DNA from: Octopus bimaculoides
Taxonomy: Eukaryota
Reading direction: 5' to 3'
Assembly: GCF_001194135.2 (NCBI RefSeq)
Contig: NC_068986.1
Coordinates: 91,575,360 to 91,639,359 of the forward strand
Length of the DNA: 64,000 nt
Part shown: positions 28,101 through 43,100 of the stretch, one piece after another
How the letters are laid out: each line of letters opens with the position of its first letter
How positions within the stretch are numbered: position 1 is the first letter of the stretch
The notes under the pieces: generated by a model
Database searches by the model: none
What the model was told of the DNA's origin: nothing
The model's input: the letters and a program-made list of their open reading frames with translations, nothing else
Translations under genes and position numbers: made by a program

Positions 28101-31100
28101 TATATAATGGATTCCCCTGTCGAAGACAACATACGAGTGTTCAGATTTTTGCCAAATGACCTGCGCAAATGATTTGTTTGTAGTGATCAAATGTTCATGC
28201 TGCACAACCTATATGATATTTTGTGTTTTTTAAAACCTGAATGTTTTAGCAAATAACAGCTAGCATGGCATAATTGCTTGTTTAAACATAATCTTAATTA
28301 ACTCATCAGGTGATAATTTGCATAACAGGATATATATTGAGCATTTTACTGGTGTAAAATGCTCAATATATATTCCTGTTATGCAAATTATCAACATCAC
28401 CAATGGTACACCACACCACTGATATTATAAAGGCTAAACATTAAATACATTCCTTGCAATATAAAAACAAGGAAATTTCACAGGAAAATATGGCTGAAGG
28501 TAGCAAATACACACCTTTGATGCATACTGGGATATCTTTTTAAATTGCTGCTCATGTTGTTTAAAGAGGGCTTGAGCTTCTGAGCTGAGACTCTGGGAAT
28601 ATTTCTCTGCCTGTGACGCTAGAAACTTCTTTTTTGCCTGCTCCAAATCCTGAAGTTTTTGTTTGTGATGGAATATTCTTTTCTGCAGACATCTCCGATA
28701 AGACTTCATTGATTGTTTCACTTTGCTTTTGTTTGGTTGACCAGACATATCACCTTGCAGAAAACTCCAACGATTTGGAAGGTAAGTACCTGCGAGACAT
28801 AATTACAGAGCGACAGTGAAATGTGATGTTTCTTTTAATAGCTTTTCAATAATTTTATCAAAGGTGTCCTATATGTGATACACACAAAATGATTAAAAAA
28901 AAAAATTTGAATATTTAATTTACAGATGAATTCATGAGTAAGTCAATGTTACAAACTAAAATGTTAAATGATTAAGTCATAATGACCAGTTCATCTCGAT
29001 GTTAACATGTACAGTACGTGAAAAGTATTTCATTATACACATCATGAGCACTGTATAATTGTTAAGTATTGCATTGCCCTGTAATTGACTCACCCTAAGA
29101 CACTACCTGAAGCTAAAGTCTTCAACGGTGGATTACAGTGATTCCAATTACATGTGAATTACTTGGAATTACATGGAATTAATAACTTTACATCGAAATA
29201 ACTGTTGTCCTTCAAACTAAACACTCAATGTATTTTAGAGAAATATGTTCCAGTAACACAGCAAACATTCACTCCCCAGAAGGATTTTAGAAGCTTTTCT
29301 CTGACATTAGGAAGGATTTGACTACAGTACTACCAGCTAATGAAATGTGTTAATCATTCAGTGCTGCTCCTGATAATAACAGCCAGGTAGATCAACTGTA
29401 GTTCTCACTGAGAGCTAAGAAGACTGAGCTGTAAGTTAAATGCCACTTCACAATATATGGTAGATTGCTGGAGACAAGATATCAAACACTTTGCAGCTGG
29501 AAGGACAATTATTCACTCACTACTAAAGTGATACAATGAACAGGGTTTGTGTGTTTCAGCAAATTTAAACACTGTCCTTGCTTGTGGAACCAAATAGGAA
29601 ATATATAGGCATGTAGAATTGTGAACCATATCTCAAAGAAATTAATTCAGAATGCAATGTCAACATCTATTCTTTTCTTAAAAGCTGACTTTATAACTGA
29701 AAAAAGTGCTTGACAATGTTTCACCATCTCAAACTTATTCTCACAATGATTATTACACTCAACATTTAACAATAAAAACTTCGCAATTTTTTAAACGAAA
29801 CTGAACAAACAAATAATTCAAATAAGCACATCCAAAGAGAGCTAAATATTAAATTTAGTTATTGTGCTCACGATTGCAGTTATCACAATAGTAACAGATT
29901 ACCTACCACTGTCCTTATCTTTGCGAGCGTTTTTGTCATCATCTCCATTGCCACCATTCTGCATCGTGTGGTCGAGGTTGCGACAGAGAAACAACAGGAT
30001 CCACCCAACGAGAGTCAAATCAACGCTGCCTACAAGAGAACAACTTTGGTAATTAGGTACAGTCCTTGCCTGAAGGTAGTGGTGGTGGTAATTGATGCTG
30101 ATGGGAATGATACCTGATGATTGGTCATATGATAAATGTAATGATGGACAGTAATAGGACACCGGGACTGAATGTTGAAGATTTTTAGGGGATGAAGAGG
30201 AAAGAGTTCAGTAAAATCCATTGGAGCTGAAACTGAATACCAAGAAGATAACAGTACTAGTATGGAAGTATTGCATATTGGTAGTGGTGAAAATACTTGT
30301 ACTGACACAGAAGGTAGCTGTCGGAGAGGAAGACCCATGAAGACAAAGTTAGGTGTTGAATCTTCCAAATGAGAGATAAAACAGAGAGGGTGAGATGACA
30401 CAAGACTGAGAAGTGCCATACTGCAGATGTGTGCAACCTATGCCTGACAACAGACATTAAAGATGAAAAAACCTTAACATTAAGTTGACAGGTGAATTAA
30501 GAAGTAATTTACATCTCTATGTAAACAACTTGATGTGTTTCACAGATACATTTCAGAGCGATAGAAGAATAATTTTACATCAGCTCCATGTCAAACCGTC
30601 CAACCCATACCAGCATGGAGAGCAGATGTTAAACAATGATGATAAGCAACAAAAAGAGGAATTTATAGTCAAAAGGCTTCATTATATTTAAGATTTCATC
30701 AGGGAAAAGGTCAATGCCTATTATTTTTGCAAGCCCTCTGGAAACTAGTGAGATCAATAGGATTTATGTTAATATCTGCTGAAAATACATGAGCAGATGG
30801 CTCACTGGAAACAAGGAATGGGCAAAAAAGTGAATTTAGTGTAAGTTATTAGAATAATCATTTAAATTTCCTACATTATATATTGAAACACTTCAACAAA
30901 AATATGTATTCTAAGGTAAACCAAGACAAAGGAAATGGATTTATGCATTAGGGCACTAGAAGACAACTGAGGATTGGATAGATTAAACCAGCATTAAACA
31001 CACACAAATGAAAGATGAATTTAATAGTCTAGAAATTTAATTATGACATGTCATTGTTCTTTAATCACCTAACTCTCAACCCTCGTCAACAGGGAAAATT

Positions 31101-34100
31101 TTTGAAGGAAGCAATAAAAATAATTGGTGACAAAATGCAAACCACTATTCCAGATGGTCTGACTCCAGAAAGTCAATTTGAAATGAAAAGCATTTAATCA
31201 GTAACTAAATCATAAACATCCATTTTTTATAGTAGGACTAGCTGCTACTAGACCGTCACCACACCTAGTTTAAAAACTAAATATTTGTTGCAAGAAGATG
31301 GAAGTGATTACACCATGTCCTAGAACTTTGTTTGTAGCAACAAAAAACAGTAATTTTAATGTGAAGTCTTTCTTGAAAATTTAACAAAGCTTGTGATAAA
31401 ATGAGCTAAAAAGTTTAAGGAACCAACCTGTTGGCATTCTGGAGACACCCATAGGATTTGGCATCAATGGTGCCACAGCATGAACAAGCATTCCAAGAAG
31501 ACTCTCTAAAATATTCACAGCCATGGGGCCCATTAAAGACTTCTGACCAAGAGCTGTTAACAAAACAAACACCCTGAAAAAAGAAAATAAGATGTTTCAC
31601 ATTGGCACACAAAAAAAATTTAAAAAAACAGACATTATTTCTAACAGACACAAGAAATTTGGAGAAAGGGCTACAATCAATTATAGCAAGCCAGTGCTGG
31701 AAGTATGAGAGGTAAATTTGGCAGGATTAAAACTCAGAACAGAAAGGAATGTAACTAAATACCACAAAACATTTTGTTTGGCACCAATTCTGCCACTCAC
31801 TGCCTGCAAAATAATAATGATATTCATCATTTCTAATACAGGAGGGACAGAACCACACTTTGAGAGAGGAGACTGGATTAAATTGACCTATGTACTTATT
31901 GATTGGTAACTTATTTACTCAGCTCCAGAAACATGAAAGGTAAAGTTCATGTTGGTAGGACATGAAATGAAAATAATTAGATATAATTAGGATGGTGATA
32001 ATCATTTAGTATCCGTTGTTCATGCTGGCATGGGTTGGATGGTTTGACCAGGGCTGGCAAGCTGGAAGGCTGCACCAGACTCCAGACTGGTTTGGCATGG
32101 TCTCTACAGCTGGATGCCCTTCCTAACAACAACTATTCTGAGAGTGTAATGGGGCTTTTATGTGCCACCACCATGGGTGCCATTTGCATGACACCAGCAT
32201 CGGCGATTTTACTTGGCTGAAAGGTATTCACAAGCACGACATAATGCCAAAGGTCTCGGTCATTGCCCCCGTGAGGCCCAACACTCGAAAGGAGCTTTTC
32301 ATGTGCCACCAGCATCAGTCACTTTGCCTCCGTGAGGCCAAATGCACAAAAGGTGCCAGTTTTTTTTTTAAGTGCCAGTTAAGTTACACCAGCATCAGCC
32401 ACAACTACGATTTCATTTGGCTTGATGGGTCTTCTTAAGAACAGCATATCGCCAAAGGTCTCGGTCACTAGTCATTGCCTCTGTGAGACCCAAAGTTTGA
32501 AAATCATGCTTCATCACCTTGTCCCATGTCTTCCTGGGGCTACCTCTATCACAGGTCCCTTCCACAATTAGAAATCGGCACGTCTTCGCACAGCTGTCCT
32601 TGCCCATATGCATCACATGACCATACCAGCGCAGTCATCTCTTGCACATCACGTCTGATGCTTTTTATGCCCAACTTTTCACTCAAGATGCTTACACTTT
32701 GTTGAACATGCACACTGACTTTGCACATCCAGCAAAGCATACTGGCTTCATTTCTTTCAAGCCTATGCATGTCCTCAGCTGTCACAGCCCATGTTTCACT
32801 GCTGTGTAGCATAATTGCTTGCACACAGGCACCATACAATCAGCCTTTCACTGTTACCAGCAGAGGTAGGAGCTCTCTGAACTTTGCCCAGCCTAATCTT
32901 ATTCTCACAGCTACGCTCTCGGAGCATTCACCTCCACTATTAACATGGTTACCTCAATAACAGAAGCTATCTACTACCTCTAGCTTACCCACCTGGCAGT
33001 TGATGGAGTATTTTCTGTACATTTTTGGTGTTTACTGTACATCTTCTACACACAAAAGCTATTTTCCCTGTTAACCTTCCTCTGATATTACTGCACCTCT
33101 TACATGTCCATAGCTTACACCAAGTACATCTTACAGAGTTTCTACCCACGCCTTTTCTACAGATTGAACAGGGTCATTTACCTGAAGGGATTTGTGATTT
33201 GTCTACTTTCCTACCTACAAAGACTTTGGTTTTTGCTAGGTTAACTCTAAGGCCATTCGATTCTAGACCTTGCTTCCATACCTGAAACTTCTCTAGTTCT
33301 GGTAGTGATTCAGCTATAAGAAGAAAGTCATCAGTATAGAGGAGCTCCCAGGGACAGCCTGTCTTAAATTCCTCTTATTGCCTGGAGGACTATGATGAAC
33401 AAGAGGATCAATCCTTGGTGAACCCCTACTTGTACCCTGAACTCTTTGCCGTACTCGTTGCCAACCCTCAACTTACTGGTAGCTTCCTTGTACATGGCTT
33501 GTACAACTCTCATCAACCACTTGTGTATCCCTAGTTTCCACATTGACCACCGGATAAGGGATCGGGGGACCCTGTCAAAGGCTTTCTCCAAGTCAACAAA
33601 AGCCAAGTAAGAAGTTTATCTTTGACTATGTATTTCCTTCTGCAGCTGCCTTACCAGAAATATAGCATCAGTGGTGCTTCTCCCTGGCACAAAACCAAAC
33701 TGCATCTCATCTGGACTAGCTCTCTCCCTAATTAGTTGGGCTATGACCCTCTCCATAACTTTCATCATCTGATCCAACAATTTGATACCTCTGCAAATAT
33801 TTCTATCTAAGGCATCACCTTTACCTTTGTAGCCGTTGATTATGGTGCTTCTACACTAGTCATTGGGTATGATTCCTCTGTGAACCATCTCTTTTACAAT
33901 ATGGGTGACTAGACCATAACCCACACCACTAGATATTTTAAGTATCTCAGTGGTGATTCTTAAAGGGCCAGGAGCCTTCCCTGTCTTCATATCCTTAATT
34001 ACTTTTATCTACCAAGGTCCCATCAATTCGGATAGTTGTTCCCTCAATTGGATCAACATTTGGCAAACTTCCCTCTTCCCATTCATTCTCTACATTCAGC

Positions 34101-37100
34101 AGTCTTTCATAATGGCAATTCCAAGCTTTTTCTTTGCAGAATCATTAGTAGATTTTAAAGTAATCAAACAAGCAAAAACTGGCACACTAGAGTTTTGATG
34201 GCAGTATATTTTATAATAATAGTAAAAGTGTCCAACTAACAATAGTCAGAGTTGTTGCTTATATTCTATACTCAAAGAATAAAACCTGCCCCTCCACATA
34301 CCCAACAAACAAATTATCTTTGCTGCGAGAAAAGAGAAAAATAATTTATTTAATGCATACCGATCCTGAGGAAAAACTTGTTTATATTCAGAATGAAAGA
34401 ATCTCTGTAAAATGTTGCCCAAGAATTTGCCCCACCATGGCTGGGTACCACAGACACGGACCAACAGCATCCCAGTCAAGATTTGGATACGTTTGGTACC
34501 AGAGATACACATGTGTCGGAACAGTGCTTCACAGGTTGGTGGGCTTAGACTGGTCAGAAGAGAAACAGAGAGTTGTGGGGCAGCAGAGGATCCATTTGTA
34601 GTGCTAATTAGTGTCTCTAACAGACATTCCAGAAGGAAGCGAAGCTTATCGGTCGATGCTTTCTTTAACTGTTCATTCAAATCTGTACACTCAGAATCTA
34701 CAAAGAAAAACAAAAAACAAAAAGTCACAATTTGACAATTTCAAGTGTTCACACATTTCTCAAGTTCATTTGTAAAATACGTGTTAAAATAAGGGCTGAC
34801 TGAACCTATGGAGTATCAAAATACAGGCCAGAGTCAATTGGAACCAAGTCCAAAATCAAGATACCTAATATGAACTGGTTCAGTTCACTTATTTGTAATT
34901 AATTACCACATATTAAAATAGCTCTGTTGTAAGGAGGAAAAAAGAACACTGTATAATTAGCATTTTTTAAACCTTCATTACTATATTCAAGCCATCCTAT
35001 AAAACAGCAACAGGAGCTTAGCATTAGACCAGAGTCCCAAATCATCAATGTTACCACTGAACAGTGGTCCTAGTTCTGGCTGTAGGTTACATATAAAAGA
35101 TGATGTGTAACAGCCTATCCATCCTAAGTTGAAATTATCATGCATTTCATCTCTGAATACAAGACATTGATCTATTTTATCTCTGAATACAAGACATTTA
35201 TTTTACCTATTGCACTGTGGAATCAATTCAGTCAAACACAACATTCCCCTATAAATCCCCAGGTCAAAAAAATTTGATAAAAATTGAATCTAATGGTTAC
35301 CCTTTTTAATAACAGAGAGGCCAAGACCACGCTGCAGTCTGTCAATAGCATGGTGGCATAGATTCAGCTGTAGTTGTAGTTGCAAGCAATCATTATAGAT
35401 GCAAGTGATTTTGTCATCAACATTTTTCTTGGGATTCTTTTGCAGAAAGCACTGGACATGGTCACTTGCTGACTGGGATGCAAGTAGAGAGGTTAGCAAT
35501 GTATCAAGCTGAGTTTTTGTCAAGCTGTAACGACACTGGATGTCTTCGAGCAACGAAAGAAACAAGCCAAGCTGTGAGAGTATCATCTGCTGCTGTTGTT
35601 GATGCTCCTGTCCTGAGGAAGGGGCTGCTGTCGATGAGGATGCCTGATTGCTGCCAGACACTCCGCCATGGTGTTCAAGATAGCTGTTCCACTCCCATGG
35701 AAAGATGAAGCTGTGTCCATAGAAAGAACCAACAGGAATCTTTGATCTTGTTGCACTGCCTCCATATCGACCAATCGTGGTTATCTGAGGAAGTGCAGAA
35801 TAATAAAGACATATATATAGAAATTATTTCTCATAGCTCCAGAATAAGAAACATTAAGCGGCCGTTACATACAACATTTTACATTCATTATTTCATACTA
35901 ACATTTCCACAAGTATCAATATATTTATGAATTATCAGGCAACAGTTTTCATAGATATTATAGAACTAACATTTTTTATACTTTTATAAGATGTCCATTA
36001 TGATATCATTGCAAAAATAAAGAAGCTTGCAGAATTATAGGTTTTATCTAGGGAAATCTTTTAACATCAATGACTTTTTTTCTATTATAATGAAGATTAA
36101 TTGCAGCAGTGCTTATACAATTTTAGTCTCTCTAAAATTGAGGGGATAGTTGGGACGAAGTGTTCAGTTTGAATTCTTCCCAGTTGAATGGTCAATGGGA
36201 AACATTAGCCCGAAGGGAAGTTGAGTAATAAGTTGTTCAGAAAAGAAAGACTTAGGTCAATGTTTAACACAAGGTTTGGAAGATAAGTTAGAAATTGGAA
36301 GTTAAGGAGGAGAGATAAGTACAACACATTTCAGGAAGATTTAGTATATAATACCACTTTTAATTTAGATATAAGTGATAAAAAGCATAAAGAGCATCCA
36401 GCTGCAAAAATGGTTACACTAACAAACCACCATCCTACCATGTTAATATAGAAAAACAGATATATAGTGAAAAAATAATGAAATGATGCCATAAATAGTA
36501 AAGACAATTACCTTGAGATAACGACAAATTGGAGGTGGCATGATGTTATTCATAATAAGTGATCGGATGCCAATATCAGAGGCTATCACCAACCTCTGAC
36601 CATCAGTTTCTTCACTCTGCACCCATACATCTATTGATAGTGATGCCAGATCAGCACAAGCAGGAATGATCACATCGGTCAGCAGAACAGGTTTGCCGAG
36701 ATCCAAAATGACAAAGCGCCGTGCACCTGTTAAATAAGAAATTCAAACATCACACATTTATCACCTGAGTAGTTTCTTCTGCAGTCACTTTTATAATGTT
36801 CTCCAATGCACCTAAAACCAACCAGTGGCCCACCATTTTAACACACCTGGCCACACCAGTGAATCTATTCTTTCTAAAATTATTTATATGACTATTTGTA
36901 CTTGTGTCAGATGAAAACAAAGAAAGAAGTCATGATGTTAGATCTCAAAATGCTGAAACATTTCACAACTTAAGACAATAACTTCAGCAGTCAGGAATAT
37001 ACTGGATAGCTGAGCATTCCTGCCATCAAGGAATGTTGGTTATTTGATGTAACAACACTGCCGATGAATTGTGAGATAATTTATATAAAAGCAACACACA

Positions 37101-40100
37101 AAAGACAAGCTAGATAAAGAAAACAAAAACAAAACAAAAGAATACCTGAATGCATCCTTTCTACAACAAGGACTTGAGGAGAAGGAGGCTGCAACAGGTG
37201 TGGTAGTACCATCTGGACCCGTTGTTTGTTGTCAGATTTTTCAGTGTTTTGATTCTGAAAATTCAACAGAACGAAACATTAGGGGATGTGATGAAATGGA
37301 TTCATGAAATACAGAAAAGATTTCATTATTGGAAAATTAGAAACTGGCATTGCAAACTAACAAATTACTAGCAGAATTGACAGAATATCAAAATGTTTTG
37401 AGGTGTTTAGCTGTGTGCCATCATGATAAAAGAAATAGCGGTTCAGAAATTTAGAATATATAAAAAAAGGTAAACATAACTAACTTACTTTATCTCCCAG
37501 GAGAGAAGGCACTTTCACATAAAGTGGTCCGTTGTCACTTGGGACACCAGCTGATAAATACGGAGGGCCTGTGGCTGGCCAGTTTTCATTGGGTGGAGAC
37601 AAAGGAGGTGTCATAAATAAGGGAGTGGTTTTTGGATTTTGGGCCTGCTGCTTGAAAGCTTGATCACTGGAGTTGTTTGCAGCAGGTTTGACCGTTTTCA
37701 GTACTGTGCTGAGCAGCTGCTTGATAGATTCAACATCCTTCTTAGACTGTTGTACTTTAGTTGCCAGTTGCTGCACTTGTTGCTCAGCCATTGCAAGAGA
37801 GGAAGGTAGTGATGCCATAGTGGCCCCTGTTGTAGCTACATTTGACAAACTCTCACCAAAGTTCACGGTACCAGACAAGCCAGAAGAACCAACAATAGGT
37901 ATGCTACTGGAGCCTGATGGACCAGAGTCAAGTCTTTCCATTTTGGTTGAGTCACTTGTAGCGTGACATGTGAAGTGCAGTGGTTCAACTTCAAGAAGGC
38001 CAAGAATATTGTGCCGAAGGTACTCTGATGGGAACTTATCACACTGTTTGTCAGATAACTGGTTGAATAAATCATAATAGTCCATCTCATCTTGCTGTGG
38101 AGGAGGTTGAAAGCTCTGTGCTGCAGGAGTATTTGTTGCAGCAGCACTTGCATATGTGTATGGTGATGATGACTGTCGCAAACTGTTAGCAGGGTAGATG
38201 TCAAAAAGATCTGGATCGAATGGATGTCCCTGCAGTCCATACCTACAAGTAAATACAGTTTAATTATAATGGGAATATGACAATGACTTCATCTAAACTA
38301 CTACAGCTTTATTGTCACAGGGAATGAATTAGTCTAAAAATTAGATGATTGGGCTGCCTTTAACTTATAAACACACAAAGTAAATATAAAACATTTCAAG
38401 TGATGTAAAGCCATAAGTGCAGTAGTTATTTGTTGAAACTAAACAGACATTTGTTGTAACTCGGAAAAAAAAGAATGAATTCTATTTGTTTTCAATTCCT
38501 CTCTTTATGATTGACAATACCCTCACCTACAAATACTACTTTACTACATCTCCCCACATCTCTATCTCTTGAAGCTACCGCCTGACTGGCCCTCGTGCCA
38601 GTGGCACATAAAAGAACCCACTACATTCTCTGAGTGATTGGCGTTAGGAAAGGCATCCAGCTGTAGAAACTCTGCCAGATCAGATTGGAGCCTGGTGCAG
38701 TCATATGGCTCACCAGTCCCCAGTCAAATCGTCCAACCCATGCCAGCATAGAAAGTGGACGTTGAACAATGATGATGATATATATGAAACAGTTTTCACC
38801 ACAACTGTCCAATGAACAGGAACATGAAACTGAGTAATAGTTTTGTGATAATTTTGCAGCTTTAATAAAAGCATATTACTCTACCTTTGGTATTCAAGTA
38901 CTATTTTTCCCACCTTGTTTTGCACTCATGTGCTCACCTCTGTATGTGTGTATATATGTATACACACACACAATATTTAATCCATATTTGTTAGTCCAAA
39001 AAATACACTTTGTCAGATAAACAATTATGGATTAACTACTTTATTCACTCTCAGACTTTTTTGAGTACTTTATAAGTGGCCAGACACGACTTCATTTGAA
39101 CTTGTCACTTCCTGGAATGAATACACATGCACACACTCAAGTACATTTAGACATGTACATAAATACATGCACTCACACATAATCATGCTGAACATTAAAT
39201 CAGTAATATACAAACAGTAATTATTATTTCTAGTTAAATATAACAGCATGTGTTTAACATTGCCAATAAGACTACTACAATGCAGCTGCTTTAAAAATTT
39301 ATCAAGTATTAGGAGAAAAGTCAAGCTATAAGTTGATACAGAAATGTCTTAACTATGACCTGGCATCCATTTACAAATGTCAGTGGCATAATGAATAAAT
39401 AGGCTTTATTATTATTAGTAGTTTAGGATCAATATTTCCTGGTTTTGAAAAATCTCTATAGTCCAAACCAGGAACATGTTGATAACAATCAGGTCAAATC
39501 AATAGATCTAAATAATAAAAAAAAAATAATTAAAAAAAAAACATTTCAACTCTAACAATGAGGTTAGTAGTTCAAATCAAACCACACCAATGAAAAACCA
39601 ATGAAAGAAATGTGTTGAATCTAGCCATAGAAAACTGGTTGATATTACAACATGAACCCATAGAGTTCATGTATGTTATAGAAATATATGTAAATATATG
39701 GGTAGGCATTTGTGCTGTCTTGTGTGTACATAACATACACATATATATGGTTGTGTGTTTGCGTTATCTTGCGTGTCTATATGTGAGTGTATGTTTATTT
39801 TAATATGTTTGTGTACGCATACACATCAAAGATTACTATGTGTATATACATCAAAAAGTATTATGAGTAAATACTGAGAGAAAGAAAAGAAGTGCTTACC
39901 GAGCTTTTAGCAGTGAATGCAAAGGTATATCCCTGTTGTAATAGCACTTGGCTACTTTTGTAAGCATACTGACACATTTCTCAGCCACAAGTGAATCATT
40001 CATTTGCTTCACTATGTTGAGCAGTGTGAAGAACCAACGCAGTGCCCCAGCTGAGTAGCCTGATGGTAGGAGAGGAAGGCACTCCAGTAAAGCCTGCAGT

Positions 40101-43100
40101 AAACTGTAGCTGAATGATGGGGTGACATCAGGATCAGAACTGCTTTTGCATAATCTAAAAGAAAAATGTGAGAAAAAAAAAAACATTATGAGTTTATTAT
40201 AAAATTGGATATAACACCTAGTTAATGTCAAGGAATATTAAGTATACATAAAAACTTCCAGCACTAGATAGGTTGCAAGATTGAAGAGCCTTCACTATTT
40301 TAAGTCATCTCTGTTCATTCAAGACAGCAAGACCAAGAAAGGTTGAATAGAATAATGGAGTAATGAGGGTGAGAGGGTGAAAGGGACTGGTGGGATAAAC
40401 AGTGACAGGAAGAAGAAAAGAGTGAAAGCATAATTTACATACTTTTTAATTGTTCTATTACAATTTATTTTGTCTTTCAGTCAATAATATAATTAGTTCA
40501 ATGTATTTATAGTACTATGCTAACACATTTGGCAAAGAGACTTGGCATTCCTGAACCATATCCTCATATTCCAACAGAAAGCAAATCTTTTACATTGAGG
40601 TCTCAACTGGAATCATGGAGGTTTGGTGAGAACAAACAGTTTATTTGGTGTGGAAGTAACACCAGATAATCTAGAAATTCATTCTTTAGTTTAACAGTTA
40701 TGTCAGTGTAATCTCTTCCGTTGAGCCCGGAACATACTTCCTTCTCTTCAATAGGAAACTTCCACTGACAGCATTTTTTCAGCCAACACTTATCACATTG
40801 TCAACTGAACTGTGTTCACACACACACACCAGAAGTATCAATAGCAATGCAGGTTGCCCGATACATTTTCACCAACTTAATCATTGTCACATGATTAAAA
40901 TATGAGATCTAGAGCTTAGTTTCACTTTCGTGATGTGAAATAGAGCAGTAGTCCATACCCCGTAGCATTCCCATTAGTGAAGGCACATGGCCTAGTGGTT
41001 AGGGGGTTGCTCTCACAATCACAAGATCATGATTTCAATTCCCAAACCAGCTGTGCATTATATTCTTGAGCAAAACACTTCATTTTATGTTGCTCCAGCC
41101 CACTCAGTTGTAAATGAGTAACCTTGTGATAGATTAGCATACAAGGGTGAGGTGGTAACTCAAGAAAATTGCCAGAACAGAGGTCTTGCGAGCCACATTT
41201 TTTTAAGTAATCGAAAGGATGAATAGTACAACCTGTACTGTGAATGCCAATTTGTTAGGATTGGTTGTTCAACCACTTTGAAGGATAATGATGAACATTC
41301 TCATGCGAACAAGAACCTATTTTCGATATGCTGAGACCCCCTTCGGTCATGACTGACCATGGGATTGCACCTAGAAAGTTACCCTACCATGCACAAGTCT
41401 GGGCAGTGATGTTTATGGAAGACCAGCAGTCGCCCATGCATACCGGCCTCCCCTCTCCACGCCAGCAGTGTTATCCAAGGGAAAGGCAAAGGGCTGATAC
41501 AGCTTGGCACCAGTGACGTCGCAACTCATTTCTACAGCTGAGTGAACTGGAACAATGTGAAATAAATTGTCTTGCTCAAGATCACAATACGCAGCCCAGT
41601 CTGGGATTCGAACTCACAACCTCACGATCATAAGCTCGATGCTCTAACCACTGAGTCATGCGCCTTCACATTTTCAACATATAAACTGAAGAAATGCACA
41701 AACAAAGTACCAACAGTAGATTCGACCCATGAACATGTACTTCCAAATCTTAACCACTTGATATTGTATAACTAAAGATAAGACAAAATATTTTAGTTAG
41801 CTACACAGCAATGACAATAGCAATAAGTACAATACTTACTCCATACAAAGGACTAGTAAGCGTGAAGCTTTGTGAGCAGTTGTTCTCGTACCATGAATGA
41901 AACAAGCTTTCACCAAACTTAATAATTCTTTCTTTACAGTAACAAGCACAGTACAGTCTGGAATCCTGTGAAGAACAAAGAAAATAAAAAGTCAATCATC
42001 ATAATTTAATAACCATAACTTAATCTGCTTTACAAAATTAGCAGAGGAGAAAAAAAGGGTATTCTGAAAGTATTTTTTACATTAAAATTTACATATACAC
42101 TATGTCGATTACATATAAAACAGGTTCTAAATATTGATATGTATGACATTATAGACAAACAGAAGGTCAACATCTACAGAAAATATCCTATCCAGAAGAG
42201 CCAAGAAGGAGTTCAAGTCAATGAGGGAACCTGCACGAAAGAAAGAGCTATTATGTGATTGCAGAAATAGCCGTTAAACACACTGGAAAATGTAGTCAAA
42301 GATACAAGATGGTGCAACTATCTTGTGGATGGTTGAAACTGGAAAGCTTTTGATCATAATTTTACTGGGTTAGGACTACCAATCAGAAATATGGAGTATG
42401 GGTAGCAACGCTGACACACAGACAGTTCCTGATGCAAATGTATTCCATCTAGAAAGATTTAATTTAATCAATGCCTGCCCGTATCTATAAATTGTCCTTA
42501 CTTTCGACTTGGATCATTCATCTGTACAGCTGTCACCCAACACAAGATATCAAGGGCAAGGTTCTCATGATGGTCTTCACTTGTATGGATATGATTCTGG
42601 TTTGGATTGGTCACTGCACAAAGGAGGTTCTCATGAAACTCGGCTGATTCAATCATCATATTCCGATGCCACCTGTTAAATGATTACAAAAGAACAAAAA
42701 GTGGATCAGGGTCCAAACAACTGGTATTGTTTTATGACATTTTATGACTTGGAAGTAAATCAGAGAGAGAGTAAAAAGAGAAAGTATAAGAGGGAGAAAG
42801 GCATGAGCATATTAAAACATTTTACTTCAACACAAAAAACAAAAAACGGAATTTTGCCATTTTCTCAGGTTGGTATGAGTTGAATAGATCTAATGTCCAG
42901 GTCATTGCCATTTGTTTTAAGTCTTCCATCACTCCAGCTGTGTGGTCAAACATCCCAAGAACTGACCTCACACTATGTTATAAAATATTAAGTTTTCTTT
43001 ACAGCTTTGAGAGATAGCAAGGCTAGTTATAGGGTTTCAATTTTATGGCACTTAATGGATAATAATGATCTTCTGATATTCTCTAGCAATTAAAAGACCT

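Noticed and set aside
41590-41670. tRNA-like sequence
   Set aside because: It continues directly into a SINE body and has a diverged paralogue at 40977; no proper acceptor stem was evident
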